DNA of 64,000 nt, taken from a virus. Location of the stretch: the IMG/VR virus record IMGVR_UViG_3300048672_001165, positions 1-64,000 of that record. One strand, given 5' to 3'. The notes beneath the pieces are model-generated. The model searched no databases. It was not told the DNA's origin and saw only the letters and a program-made list of their open reading frames with translations. Of this stretch, positions 10,726 through 20,453 are shown piece after piece. Each line of letters opens with the position of its first letter. The first letter of the stretch is position 1. A program made the translations under genes and the position numbers.

Positions 10726-11385
10726 ATGAGTACTTTTGAACTGTTCGTTTTCGCTCTGGGTCAAATGGGCGCCGCCGGCGCCCTGGACGTGATGCAGCTG
10801 ATCAGCCGCATCGCACGGCTGATCGTCGTCCGCACGGACGGCAGTGTGTTCCTCCCGCAGCGGCGGGAGGAACACTGGCAGGGCATTCTCTCGGAAGGTG
10901 AAGCTTTCCGGGGCGCCCTCGGATGGGCTGCTGGTCTGCAGATTGACCCCCCGGAGTGGGTGACGGCTCTGTCTGAAGAACAGCGCCAGCTGGTGGTTAA
11001 CTTCTGCCACCAGCTCCTGGCGCTCAAGCGTCGAGACTGGGAGGCCGACACGATCGACGTCACCGCTGAGTACCTGATGCGGCCGATGGAGAGCCGCAAG
11101 GTGATGGTCTTTGGCCGAGGAGAGGCAAAGATGTCGCTGAAAGAAATGGTCCAGTTGGACCAAAAGTTCGAATGCCCGTACGTCACCAGCCAGGCCCTCA
11201 TCGGGCTGGCGGCGTACTTCGCCACCATGGGCGACCGCCCGGGCGCCTACATGGCGTCAAAGCTGGAAAAGGCTCAACTGAGCCCCGGCTTTGCCGACAA
11301 GGTCTCCGTCAAGGTCGCCGAGCTGAAGGCGGCCAAGCGGGCGGCCGCCAAGGCACGCGCCGCCGCCAAGAAGGCGGGCAAGTAA
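10726..11385 (+). CDS. Orphan paralogue family member 1 (219 aa, GC-rich)
   Basis: AGGAG RBS. Clear similarity to 11459..12076 (AF..ALGWA...PEWV..L..EQ). Confidence 0.8.
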   Translation: MSTFELFVFALGQMGAAGALDVMQLISRIARLIVVRTDGSVFLPQRREEHWQGILSEGEAFRGALGWAAGLQIDPPEWVTALSEEQRQLVVNFCHQLLALKRRDWEADTIDVTAEYLMRPMESRKVMVFGRGEAKMSLKEMVQLDQKFECPYVTSQALIGLAAYFATMGDRPGAYMASKLEKAQLSPGFADKVSVKVAELKAAKRAAAKARAAAKKAGK

Positions 11386-11391
11386 GCGTAG

Positions 11392-11437
11392 GCTAGACGG
11401 GGTGAATGTCACACCCCGTCTAGCTGACTTTTTCTTT
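11392..11437 (+). terminator. Intrinsic terminator
   Basis: 13-bp stem GCTAGACGGGGTG/CACCCCGTCTAGC plus T-tract. Confidence 0.75.
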
Positions 11438-11458
11438 GAACTCTTATAGGAGTGAAAA

Positions 11459-12076
11459 ATGAGTTTGTTTGAATCGTTCTTTTTCTGCTTGAACCAAATG
11501 CGCCACATGCTGGCGCAAATGGTGTACACCACCGGCAGCGGCAGTTTCGGGGTCAGCCCCCCGCTTGTTACTGTCTGGGTGGGCCTTCAACAAACCCACG
11601 GCTGGGCGTTCCACGACGCCCTCGGATGGGCGCTCTTGGGCGACGTCGCCCCGGAGTGGGTGGCCGTCCTGACGGCCGAACAGCAAGCGGCCGTCCAGGC
11701 TGCCTGCCGCCAGCTGGCGGCAGAGCAGAGGAAAGAGTGGCTGGCGCAGGCAGCCGGCTACGCTGCCAACCACCTGGCAAGCCAAAAGACCATCTTGGTG
11801 GCCCAGACCGGACTGCCGGCCAGAAAGATCCGCGCTACCGAGGCGGTTCAACTGGGTGGTCACTTTGTGGTCCACCCCTCGGACGTCCGAAAATTTGCAG
11901 CGGTGGGGCTGTACCTCCACCACAAGGCCCTGTCAAAGGGTCTGCCCAGCCCGGTCTCGGCTGACGCTGCGGGGATGATCCCGCACATCGACGAGGTCGA
12001 CGAGGAGTTCCTGATCCAGGCTGACGCCTGGATCGAGGAGCTGAAGAAGCGAAAGCGCTTGAAGAAGCGCAAGTAA
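11459..12076 (+). CDS. Orphan paralogue family member 2 (205 aa, GC-rich)
   Basis: AGGAG RBS. Paralogue of 10726..11385 with a basic C-terminal tail. Confidence 0.8.
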   Translation: MSLFESFFFCLNQMRHMLAQMVYTTGSGSFGVSPPLVTVWVGLQQTHGWAFHDALGWALLGDVAPEWVAVLTAEQQAAVQAACRQLAAEQRKEWLAQAAGYAANHLASQKTILVAQTGLPARKIRATEAVQLGGHFVVHPSDVRKFAAVGLYLHHKALSKGLPSPVSADAAGMIPHIDEVDEEFLIQADAWIEELKKRKRLKKRK

Positions 12077-12084
12077 GCTTTGCG

Positions 12085-12127
12085 CTAGTGGGGGTGAAAC
12101 TCCCCCACTAGTTCCTCTTTCTTTTTT
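12085..12127 (+). terminator. Intrinsic terminator
   Basis: CTAGTGGGGG/CCCCCACTAG stem plus T-rich tract; resembles the 11392 terminator. Confidence 0.7.
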
Positions 12128-12137
12128 CCCCCCTGAT

Positions 12138-12172
12138 TCCACATATTACAGACCCTATATTACTTTTCTGAT
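12138..12172 (+). promoter_or_regulatory. Early promoter, TCCA-N14-TATATTAC-N5-TGAT
   Basis: TATATTAC at 12156-12163 with conserved spacing. Confidence 0.7.
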
Positions 12173-12220
12173 AGATCCCTAGTCTATCTTCCCTCTACCA
12201 CTTGACAGGAGAATTGAACA

Positions 12221-12847
12221 ATGGCTACCATCAACCCCAACCTGACCTTTACTGAATGGTTCGCACAGATCGACACAATCCATCTGTATTTTTTGCTGGA
12301 CGATGACGGCACGCCCGGCCTTATGCCTCTTGTGCAGCGTGGTTTGTTTCGCAAAGAGTATGAGCACCATATCGAAACGGCTTTTAGTATTTTGTTTGCT
12401 ATCTATCTCGGAATCGGTTTTGATCATATTGACTTGGACGCTGAAACAAAAGAGAAGGCAGTTCAAGTTTTGACCAACATTATCAAGAGCCGAAAAGAAA
12501 AGGAGCGCATTTCTGATGTGCGTACCGTAGCTCTGCTGCTGGTGAAAAACCCAACACATACTCTTCACAACAACTCCAATAGGTGTGTTGAAACGGATTA
12601 CATGGGTTATTTCTCAAGTCCTGAAGTGTTGTATATGCGAACAAACTCGCAAAACAACCGCTACTGGAGCGATCATGTCGCATCACTGATGATGAGCTAC
12701 TATGCACATACTGGGCTTGTACCTAAGAACGCCGTAGCTGCCCGTCAGATCAAACCCATTGAAAACTTTGCTGAGTTTAAACTGGCTGTAGAAAAGCGCA
12801 TTGAAGAACTCAATGCTCGCGCAGCATCTAAAACCGAATCTGTTTAA
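12221..12847 (+). CDS. Orphan paralogue family member 3 (208 aa)
   Basis: AGGAG RBS. Strong similarity to 12866..13558 (Y.HH.E...A.YLG.G..H..L..ET.EK; SYYA..G..P.N..A.R.I.PIE.F). Confidence 0.8.
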   Translation: MATINPNLTFTEWFAQIDTIHLYFLLDDDGTPGLMPLVQRGLFRKEYEHHIETAFSILFAIYLGIGFDHIDLDAETKEKAVQVLTNIIKSRKEKERISDVRTVALLLVKNPTHTLHNNSNRCVETDYMGYFSSPEVLYMRTNSQNNRYWSDHVASLMMSYYAHTGLVPKNAVAARQIKPIENFAEFKLAVEKRIEELNARAASKTESV

Positions 12848-12865
12848 TAGAAAAAGGAAACAAAC

Positions 12866-13558
12866 GTGGACAATCAAATCAACCGGTCTGAAAACATGGA
12901 TGACGTCACTGAAATCAGCTACGAGCAGTGGCTGGATTTGGTCACTGCTAACAGCGAATACCTGTCAAACATTCTGATCCAAGGCGCGCCAAAAGGTGTT
13001 GTTGCTCCGTATGGTTATGCGGATAGCTCATATCGCCACCACGTTGAAAAGACCCGTGAGTATTTCATGGCACTTTATCTTGGTGCGGGACTGGCTCATT
13101 TTAGCTTGGAGCCTGAAACAGTTGAAAAGCTGACCCAACTCTACCAAGAATTGGCTGCTAATGAGAAACAGTCTTTCCGTTTAAGAATGATCACGGCTGT
13201 AGCTTACCGTTTACTGTTTCCTGAGAAGTTTCACTTTGAAGTGTTTCATGAGAAGGAAGTTGTTTCAAGAACTGTGAGCTACCTTAAGTTCCTACAAACA
13301 GAAGGGTTGTATATTGATCAGCCGCCTCGCATCATTCGCCCCTATGGCGACTCGATGTTGTCGATCATGTGCAGCTACTACGCTAGCCTGGGGCACTATC
13401 CACACAACCCCTACGCTATGCGGCTGATTACCCCGATCGAAGACTTTCCTTCTTTTCAACAGGCGGTGAAAGAAAAGATGGTAAAACTTTCATCAGATAA
13501 CTTGACCTATATAGAACCTAAACACGGATGGGTTTGGGTCTGGACAAAGGAAAACTAA
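12866..13558 (+). CDS. Orphan paralogue family member 4 (230 aa)
   Basis: AAGGA RBS before GTG. Paralogue of the preceding gene. Confidence 0.8.
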   Translation: MDNQINRSENMDDVTEISYEQWLDLVTANSEYLSNILIQGAPKGVVAPYGYADSSYRHHVEKTREYFMALYLGAGLAHFSLEPETVEKLTQLYQELAANEKQSFRLRMITAVAYRLLFPEKFHFEVFHEKEVVSRTVSYLKFLQTEGLYIDQPPRIIRPYGDSMLSIMCSYYASLGHYPHNPYAMRLITPIEDFPSFQQAVKEKMVKLSSDNLTYIEPKHGWVWVWTKEN

Positions 13559-14149
13559 ATGAGCCTTATCCAGTGGGCTGAAATGCCCAATAACAAACCG
13601 CCCCTACACACACTGATTTGCTTTAACAAACTCAGACCCCTACCGCCTGTGTCAGATTGGTTTCCCGACCCTTCTGACTTTAAAAAAGCTCAGATGTGTT
13701 ACGGTGCATTCATGAGCTTTTACTTGAAGCACCCGAGTGTTAATCGCTTAGTCACTGACCAGGCTGAACTCCTTTACTTGAAAGGTCGCTACACGTCAAT
13801 CTTGCGCTTAGCTCGAAAAGAAAAGTTGCAGGTATCGCGGCACGAATTGCTGGCAGCAATATCAGATAACACCAAGCACCCTGTGATACTTCATGGCAAA
13901 ATGCGGCTAAGTTTCTCAGAGATTTATGCCTCTGAGTTCAACTGGCGCTTTGTAATTCCAGGCACCAAAAGAAAGTTTAGCTTCTTTGCAAATTGGCAAA
14001 TCAGCTTAGGTATTCTACCTGGCAATGAAATGGCGTCGACCTGTATTACTGAAGTCATCAGTAGTAAGGCGTTGCGTCAGATCTCAGAGTACCATACGCA
14101 ACAAACAGAACTGGCTTTGATCAGAGAACTTCCTCACAGAACTGTTTAA
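13559..14149 (+). CDS. Hypothetical protein, probable distant paralogue 5 (196 aa)
   Basis: Abuts the previous stop codon. C-terminal WQISLGILPGNEMA..I resembles the family motif. Confidence 0.7.
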   Translation: MSLIQWAEMPNNKPPLHTLICFNKLRPLPPVSDWFPDPSDFKKAQMCYGAFMSFYLKHPSVNRLVTDQAELLYLKGRYTSILRLARKEKLQVSRHELLAAISDNTKHPVILHGKMRLSFSEIYASEFNWRFVIPGTKRKFSFFANWQISLGILPGNEMASTCITEVISSKALRQISEYHTQQTELALIRELPHRTV

Positions 14150-14151
14150 AA

Positions 14152-14230
14152 GCGGCATAAAAGCCGCAGACCCTCTACCCACCCTCTTCTTAGGAGGAGT
14201 GGGTAGAGGGCTACTCTTTTATGCTTTTTT
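14152..14230. terminator. Bidirectional terminator with GGCATAAAA/TTTTATGC flanks
   Basis: GCGGC-ATAAAA-GCCGC mini-hairpin, then the CCCTCTACCCAC/GTGGGTAGAGGG stem, between convergent genes. Confidence 0.75.
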
Positions 14231-14235
14231 CTTTT

Positions 14236-15777
14236 TTACGCGCCAAAGAAGTCAACCGGCTCTTCAGCGTTGCTACCCACGACCCCGCCTCCGACTCGCT
14301 TCAAGTCGATGCGGTCTCGTTCCAGATCATCAATGATCGGACCCTTCTCAGGAAACGGCAGCACAATGTACATTTGGTCATCGGGAATCACCGGCACACC
14401 ACGGTGCTTACCACGTTGGATTGTAAGGTAAGCGCGCCCATTATACTTCTCAATATGTTGGTAAATCTCACCATCCACTTCTTGGTCAATTTGCTTACTG
14501 CCCCGGTAGTAACCTTTACCAGGAAGCTCTTTGACAAAGTCTGTCTTACCATCTCGAATCAGCTGCTTAGCATCTGTACTGAGCTGGTGAGGTGTATAAA
14601 ACGGAATACCCTTAGCAGAGAAGAAAGCTCGGTTACGGCGGTACATGTCTTGCAGTGAATGACCCATTGGGCCATCTTCACATCCCGTCGTAGGCAGCAT
14701 GGGAAAGTAGTCGCACATGACAAAGTGGACTTCATAACCTTCCGACTCATATTTCAGAACTAGATTGTTCAGGTCCTTATACGACCACATGGTCGAATTG
14801 ATGCGGTGCATCTTCACGTGATAACCGCGTTTACTGAGTTCAGTGGTGACCGTATGCACCATCTGCTCCACAGGCACCAAGCGGATATCGGGCATTTCAC
14901 CTTCGCGGTTCATGATGATGTTTTCATACAAGAACCGCATGTTGTTAGCCAAGCTGTCTTCAAACGAGATGCGAATGAGCAGCGGCTTCTTAGACGGGTC
15001 TTTCAAGTAAGGGTCGTTATAGATCGCCACTTGCTTAAAGATAGACAGAGAAAAACCTGTCTTGTATTTGTGTTGCAGCGCAGGATTGACCCATTGTTCA
15101 CCAGGCCTGAAGCCACCTTGCAGCATGGCGTTTACCGCTTGCCAGCCCGTCTTCAAAATACCAACAGCAGATTCCGTATTTTGCAGGTCAGTAAAGACTG
15201 CTTCAATGCCTGCCAGATCACCCAGGTCAATCTCACCCACACATGCCGGATCTTTACCGCCACTATTGTCGACTTGAAACGGCTCTAGCTTTTGATTGAG
15301 TTCCGCCACATACTTACGCATGTTCGGAATCGTTTCTCTCTTGAAGTTGAGTTCAGAGTTAGCGATGCGAATAATGCTCTTAATCTCTAGTTCGTTCAGG
15401 TAGTCATTCAGACCACGGCGAATAGAAAGGATCTGGCGCTTGAGCTGAACATCATTCAGCTCATCATCTACACCCGCTTTAAACGCTTCAAACGCGTTGT
15501 CGTCATGGGTGCAGTTCATGCGCACACGCTGCATGATGTCTAGACGATCTGCAGCTTCTTGACCCGGCAGATCACACAAATAGATGATGGTGTCTTTCAG
15601 ACCCATCACTTCAGTTTTCTCATGACTGAGCGTGAGTTCAATCTCAGGCAGTTTAATGGTCTCTAAGACCTTACGAACCAGTTCTGAGCTGTTGCCTGTA
15701 TCGGGGTTGACTTGGGCCAGCTCGTTTTCACGAAACAGCAGAGTAGCGCACTTGATCAGCAGATCAACGTTGGTCAT
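14236..15777 (-). CDS. dnaB: Replicative DnaB-like helicase (phiKZ gp118-like)
   Basis: LKTGWQAVNAMLQGGFRPGE, variant Walker A (ALQHKYKT), ISFED, MCDY, PHQLS, GSKQIDQEVD and RGKHRG motifs. Divergent from the capsid gene, as in phiKZ-like phages. Confidence 0.9.
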   Translation of the reverse strand: MTNVDLLIKCATLLFRENELAQVNPDTGNSSELVRKVLETIKLPEIELTLSHEKTEVMGLKDTIIYLCDLPGQEAADRLDIMQRVRMNCTHDDNAFEAFKAGVDDELNDVQLKRQILSIRRGLNDYLNELEIKSIIRIANSELNFKRETIPNMRKYVAELNQKLEPFQVDNSGGKDPACVGEIDLGDLAGIEAVFTDLQNTESAVGILKTGWQAVNAMLQGGFRPGEQWVNPALQHKYKTGFSLSIFKQVAIYNDPYLKDPSKKPLLIRISFEDSLANNMRFLYENIIMNREGEMPDIRLVPVEQMVHTVTTELSKRGYHVKMHRINSTMWSYKDLNNLVLKYESEGYEVHFVMCDYFPMLPTTGCEDGPMGHSLQDMYRRNRAFFSAKGIPFYTPHQLSTDAKQLIRDGKTDFVKELPGKGYYRGSKQIDQEVDGEIYQHIEKYNGRAYLTIQRGKHRGVPVIPDDQMYIVLPFPEKGPIIDDLERDRIDLKRVGGGVVGSNAEEPVDFFGA

Positions 15778-16108
15778 GGTGGTGTGATTAAAAAATTGAA
15801 TTTAAGAAAAAAGGATGCTTGGATGGTGTTTGGCTGCTGAAAAGAGCGACGTTCATAGTCGCCCCCTCTAAGCGGTGTTCTTTGCACATGAAGTAGATTT
15901 TCATCTCTGTAGTGCCGACTAGACTATCTTTGTGAACTATGCTTTTTAAAGTCCATAAAAGAGAAGTCCCTTTGCCTACCATGTTCAACTATCATGAAAA
16001 CAAAAAATAAAAATGAAATTGTATCAAATATAAATGGACATAAAGTGACATTTTAAGTCGTTTTAACTGCAGTCTTTAACTACCTTTCAACAACTGAGAT
16101 TTGGGCCT

Positions 16109-16693
16109 ATGAATTCCAACCACAAAAAACTAGTGTTCTTGCCGAGTTGGGTTCAGACCCAAGTCGAGCGAGCTGGACTAGACCACTCGGCATATACCAG
16201 CTTTGCTAAGCTGCGTCAAGTGTGTTCTGAACAAGACATCTATTCCATCGTCGCTTTGACTGATGAGATGTATATCAAACTCGGCATTATGCCTTGGGCT
16301 CCAGTCGTAGACAAGAGCGGCGAACTCAAACGCCCGTACAATGGAATGATGCCTTCTGTGGACGCTATCGGTCATATTGAAACGATGGATGCTTCCAAGT
16401 ACTTTCAAGGTCTAAGCGCTTATTATAAGCTGGCCTATGAAGACCTGCGCTCCAGCATCTTCCTGCAACCCAATGAAACCCCCCGTGGTGGTGAGAAAGA
16501 CGGTTACGTCATTCGTGACCTGGATAAGGAACACCTCTACATCACGATCCTGCCGCACTACTTTGGACTAGGTGTCAATACGCCTAATGTGGCACACCTT
16601 CGCCGTGATCTTCTGAAGAAAATGAGTCAATATGTGCCGTACCATGACCTGGTCGATACGCGTCTATATACGACGTATTTTGACACACTTTAA
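16109..16693 (+). CDS. Hypothetical protein at the phiKZ gp119 position (possible minor capsid protein)
   Basis: 194-aa ORF between helicase and MCP. Function inferred from synteny only. Confidence 0.6.
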   Translation: MNSNHKKLVFLPSWVQTQVERAGLDHSAYTSFAKLRQVCSEQDIYSIVALTDEMYIKLGIMPWAPVVDKSGELKRPYNGMMPSVDAIGHIETMDASKYFQGLSAYYKLAYEDLRSSIFLQPNETPRGGEKDGYVIRDLDKEHLYITILPHYFGLGVNTPNVAHLRRDLLKKMSQYVPYHDLVDTRLYTTYFDTL

Positions 16694-16861
16694 TTTTTGA
16701 TATTCATAGTTTTCTAGCATAATGGCCAGTTAAATATCCATGATGTGCACAAAAGGTATAGCTGCTTCGAAAGCCTTTGGTTTTCTGAGCACACTTGCTT
16801 TTTTTGCCGTTTTGCAAAACGCGGCTTTCTCTCTTTCCTTTTCACGTGAGGACTGAAACAC

Positions 16862-19087
16862 ATGTCTACCAAACTCCAACTGGCATCCCTGATGAGCGGC
16901 TCGGCCGGCGTCAGCGCTGCTGCCTCGATTCCGACCAACTCGGTCAAGCTCACCGACGTCATCACCGGCCTGATGCAAGGCCAAGGCAGCTCCTACGTGG
17001 ACCAGGGCGTCGCCGGCAAGTACCTGTCGGCCGAGTCCTACGACGGTGCTGTGCGCGAGAAGCTCACCGGTGCTGTGCAGAACCTGCAAGCCCTGCTGGG
17101 CCAAGCCTTCAACCAGGCTGACATCACCCCGGCGGCTCGCCCGGGCTTCGCTCAAGAAGCTGCTGCGGTCTTCGGCGGCATGGCCGCTCGCAACATCAAG
17201 CAGGCCATGGCCACCGCGCCGCGCAGCCGCGAGCAGATCGCTGCTGCCTTCGCCGGCAACGAGTTCGTCACCGTGGTCGGCAACGACGCTGGTGTGATGG
17301 CTCTGGAGTCGCACCCGGCCCTCGAAGCCTACAACGAGACGCAGAACTCCAACGCGGTCGCCAACACGATCAGCTACAACCTGCAAGCCGCGCGCCAAGA
17401 CAGCTTCGGTGAGACCTTCTTCCCGACGACCGTCCTGACCCACGACAACATCGGCGCCCAAGTCGAGATGACCGTTCACCTGGTCTACGACGAAGTCAAG
17501 CGCTCGATGGCTGGTGCCGTCTCCAACTTCGGCCGCATCAACATCATCAAGGCCTTCGTCGATCCGACGATCATCCGCAACGACCAGACCCGCCTCTATC
17601 CGGTGGTCCGCTCGGGCGGCGCCGACGTCGACACGACCGCCAACTTCGTGGCCTCGACCGATGTCGCTCCGATCTCGATCGTCCAGGACAAGCTGCCGGT
17701 CACGACCGCTCCGCTCAAGATCGGTCAGACCTTCGACCTGATGGCCGTCTCGCAACGCGCCGCGCTGGTGGCTGCTGGTGTGCTCGACCAGACCGACGAC
17801 ATCGATCCGTCCATCACCCTGGACGCGATCTACATCAAGCTGGGTGCCAACGGCGGCAACAAGGTCCTGAAGTTCCCGGTGGCCGACATGGCCGGTGCGG
17901 ACTTCAACCAAGCTGTTCAGGGCAACACCCGCACGATGTCGCTGAACTTCAACAACCGCGACCTGATGGTTCTGCCCACGACGACCGACGTCACCGGCGC
18001 TCCTGTGGCGCAGCTGGCTGCTGTGGCCGGCTACACTGCTCGCCTCAAGGTCAGCCTGTTCGGCCAGGTCACCCTGGACACGGGTGAAACCACCGTCAAC
18101 GCCGCTGCGACTTCGGTCTCGCGCGTCATCGACGTCAACGGCAACGTGCTGGATCTGGGCGCCGGCGTCGGCGCGCAAGTCGCTGCGCTGTTCACGGGTG
18201 CAACCGTGGTCGGCTACGACCTGCGTGCCTGGCTGACCAACGCCAACCGTCGTCAGCGCGGCCAGCTGATCGACACCCAGACCTACCGCACGATGTACAC
18301 CGTGCCGCGCCTGCCGCCGGTCACGGCGCTGCGTCCGCTGGGTGCTTCGGAAGCCAACGACGGCAAGCTGGTGGAAACGCTGGTGCTGACCACCCGCATC
18401 CGCACCTCGAACGCGGCCGTGGCGGCCCTGCAGAACGCCGAGCGCGTCCTGTCGAACTGGGTCGGTCAAGCTGATCCGACGGTCCAGGTCCCGGAAATCC
18501 TGGGTCCGGCAGCTCGCCTGGTCAACCCGGTCTTCATGTCCGATTCGATCAACGTGACGGAAGTCGCCGCGCTGACCGACGAGGAGAAGATCGCCAACAT
18601 CCGCGCCAAGCTCGTCAACAAGCTGCGCGACATGGCCACCCGCATGTGGACGACGTCGGCCTACGGTCCGGCGGACGAAGCCATCACGGGCGCGGCCGGC
18701 AAGCCGCTGGTGCTGATCGGCGTCGATACCGACGTCTATCGCTACCTGTCGATCGACGGCGACACCCGTCTGCTGGGCGACCAGTTCGACGTGCGTCTGG
18801 TGACGACCTACAACAAGGAAGTCTACGGCAAGATCTACATGACCTTCGGCAAGGCCGAAGCCATCGGCTCTGGCGTGCCGCACCCGCTGCACTTCGGCAC
18901 CATGTTCTGGTGTCCGGAAGTCACCGTCATGGCTCCGATCCAACGCAACGGTCAGACCTCGTTCGAACTGACCACGGCTCCGCGTTTCCGTCACGTCGTC
19001 ATGCTGCCGATTCTGGCCAAGATCAACGTGACCGGCATCAAGGAAACCATCGATACGAAGATCCCGGTCTTCTTCCACACGGTCTAA
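16862..19087 (+). CDS. Major capsid protein precursor (phiKZ gp120-like)
   Basis: 741 aa. YNLQAARQDSFGETFFPT, NANRRQRGQL and HPLHFG motifs; S/A-x-E prohead protease sites (SAE, ALE, ALE) in the N-terminal ~155 aa; extreme codon bias; GAGGA RBS. Confidence 0.92.
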   Translation: MSTKLQLASLMSGSAGVSAAASIPTNSVKLTDVITGLMQGQGSSYVDQGVAGKYLSAESYDGAVREKLTGAVQNLQALLGQAFNQADITPAARPGFAQEAAAVFGGMAARNIKQAMATAPRSREQIAAAFAGNEFVTVVGNDAGVMALESHPALEAYNETQNSNAVANTISYNLQAARQDSFGETFFPTTVLTHDNIGAQVEMTVHLVYDEVKRSMAGAVSNFGRINIIKAFVDPTIIRNDQTRLYPVVRSGGADVDTTANFVASTDVAPISIVQDKLPVTTAPLKIGQTFDLMAVSQRAALVAAGVLDQTDDIDPSITLDAIYIKLGANGGNKVLKFPVADMAGADFNQAVQGNTRTMSLNFNNRDLMVLPTTTDVTGAPVAQLAAVAGYTARLKVSLFGQVTLDTGETTVNAAATSVSRVIDVNGNVLDLGAGVGAQVAALFTGATVVGYDLRAWLTNANRRQRGQLIDTQTYRTMYTVPRLPPVTALRPLGASEANDGKLVETLVLTTRIRTSNAAVAALQNAERVLSNWVGQADPTVQVPEILGPAARLVNPVFMSDSINVTEVAALTDEEKIANIRAKLVNKLRDMATRMWTTSAYGPADEAITGAAGKPLVLIGVDTDVYRYLSIDGDTRLLGDQFDVRLVTTYNKEVYGKIYMTFGKAEAIGSGVPHPLHFGTMFWCPEVTVMAPIQRNGQTSFELTTAPRFRHVVMLPILAKINVTGIKETIDTKIPVFFHTV

Positions 19088-19099
19088 TACGGCCGGCGG

Positions 19100-19178
19100 C
19101 CTTTGGTGGAGTAGGTTAAACTTGCTCCATTAAAGGACAGCATAATTGGCAGGCCTAGACGCCTGCCTTTTATGCCGC
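19100..19178 (+). terminator. MCP terminator region with REP-like GGCAGGC/GCCTGCC element
   Basis: Stem at 19100-19136, then GCATAA-GGCAGGC-CTAGAC-GCCTGCC-TTTTATGCCGC. Confidence 0.7.
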
Positions 19179-19194
19179 TTAGTAAGAACTGTAT

Positions 19195-19229
19195 TGCAAT
19201 ATATCCAGGTTGTATATCACTATACTGAG
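19195..19229 (+). promoter_or_regulatory. Early promoter, TGCA-N14-TATATCAC-N5-TGAG
   Basis: Conserved spacing. Confidence 0.7.
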
Positions 19230-19268
19230 ACGAGTGTTGTCTCTGACCTATCCTCAAAGGAGTTGACT

Positions 19269-19373
19269 ATGACGATCGCTGATAAGTTGGACAATCTTTA
19301 TTATATCGACCGAGACTACTGGAACAACTTGGTGCACAACTACCAACAATCCCTCAAGAAAGAAAAGGTGTAA
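19269..19373 (+). CDS. Small early protein (34 aa)
   Basis: AAGGAG RBS before the ATG at 19269, directly downstream of an early promoter. Confidence 0.6.
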   Translation: MTIADKLDNLYYIDRDYWNNLVHNYQQSLKKEKV

Positions 19374-19478
19374 AGATCTGTCAATTATTTTCCTTTTTTA
19401 CGTGTAGGCAAACCCGTAGAAGAAAAGATTGGTAGTGTCATGCGTGAGCCAATACTTATTTGTTAAAGGGGTAAAAAC

Positions 19479-19658
19479 GTGAAAATGCGAGTTAGACGTA
19501 AGTCTGTTAGTAGCCAAAAAACGTTTCCAAAATACAAGCTAGTACTTTCATCAACCAACATCCGTGTAAATCCCGGCGACACCATTGAGTTTAATGGTAA
19601 AGGGGTTTACAAGATCACTAGTGGGGTTAGAAATAACCTTACATTAGTAGTCCGATAA
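19479..19658 (+). CDS. Small basic protein (59 aa, absent from the ORF track)
   Basis: AAGGGG RBS, GTG start, sequence MKMRVRRKSV...LTLVVR, followed by a terminator. Confidence 0.55.
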   Translation: MKMRVRRKSVSSQKTFPKYKLVLSSTNIRVNPGDTIEFNGKGVYKITSGVRNNLTLVVR

Positions 19659-19716
19659 AATATCTCCTACAGTAGCCCTCAAAAGCTACTGTAGGAATTA
19701 TGCCGTCTTACAGGAC

Positions 19717-19751
19717 TGCATTTTTTCTTAATCACATATCACTACTCTGAG
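19717..19751 (+). promoter_or_regulatory. Early promoter, TGCA-N14-CATATCAC-N5-TGAG
   Basis: Conserved spacing; nearly identical to the promoter at 62108. Confidence 0.7.
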
Positions 19752-19798
19752 GTAAGGAATGTCTCTTTACCCAAGATGCTTTACTTTAGGAGATAAGC

Positions 19799-20140
19799 AT
19801 GACTGTTGTTGCTGTTCTGAATACCAACGGTACCGCCGAGTCGGTATTGAACGATGTCGCCCAAATGGGCGGCACGTTTATTAAGATCTGCCATGTGGCA
19901 CGTGGCGTAGTGGCCGTCCACGTGGACGGCCACCAGCGTCGGCTCAAAACCTTTCATCACGCGGGGTACCCGACTCGCGTAAAAGTCGGTGCAACATTGT
20001 ACGCTTCAATCGAAGCGTATTTTGAGAAGTACCCCGATGATGAATTGAGTTGGGTGGGAGGGCCTTCAGCTCTTCAAAGCGACCGCTTGCCAGCCTGGGT
20101 CAACCGAGTAGGGCGGCCGGTGAAGATCGTGAAGGGTTGA
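19799..20140 (+). CDS. Hypothetical early protein (113 aa)
   Basis: AGGAG RBS after an early promoter. Confidence 0.7.
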   Translation: MTVVAVLNTNGTAESVLNDVAQMGGTFIKICHVARGVVAVHVDGHQRRLKTFHHAGYPTRVKVGATLYASIEAYFEKYPDDELSWVGGPSALQSDRLPAWVNRVGRPVKIVKG

Positions 20141-20207
20141 CCCCTAAGGTATAACTAAGGGTCTGCTTCTACTATCATAGCAGACCCTTCAGGAAAGGAA
20201 TTAAGAT

Positions 20208-20453
20208 ATGAGCAGCGCTTGTGCAGCGCTGGTCGTGGCCGCACGTATGCGGCACACGGCCGCCCTACTCGGAGTTCAGCTGTGCCTTCGGGTCATGGCT
20301 GAATCCAAAATTGGCCCGAGCCACCGCGCTCAGGCCCTTGCAGAAATCCTGGTGGCGGAGTCCCGCCACCAGTGCAAGAATTGGCCGCTTATCGAGCGTC
20401 TCCTTGGAGACCTTGAGGCGGAGCTGGATATCGAGACAGGCTACAACCTGTAA
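20208..20453 (+). CDS. Hypothetical protein (81 aa)
   Basis: AAGGA RBS; followed by terminator GGGGAGGC-TTTTAT-GCCTCCCC. Confidence 0.6.
   Translation: MSSACAALVVAARMRHTAALLGVQLCLRVMAESKIGPSHRAQALAEILVAESRHQCKNWPLIERLLGDLEAELDIETGYNL

Noticed and set aside
15778-16108. Replication origin in the AT-rich divergent gap next to dnaB
   Set aside because: No iterons or other diagnostic repeats; explained as a divergent promoter region.
16730-19078. 782-aa antisense ORF over the capsid gene
   Set aside because: Shadow frame caused by extreme codon bias of the MCP gene; no RBS and a composition typical of reverse-complement frames.
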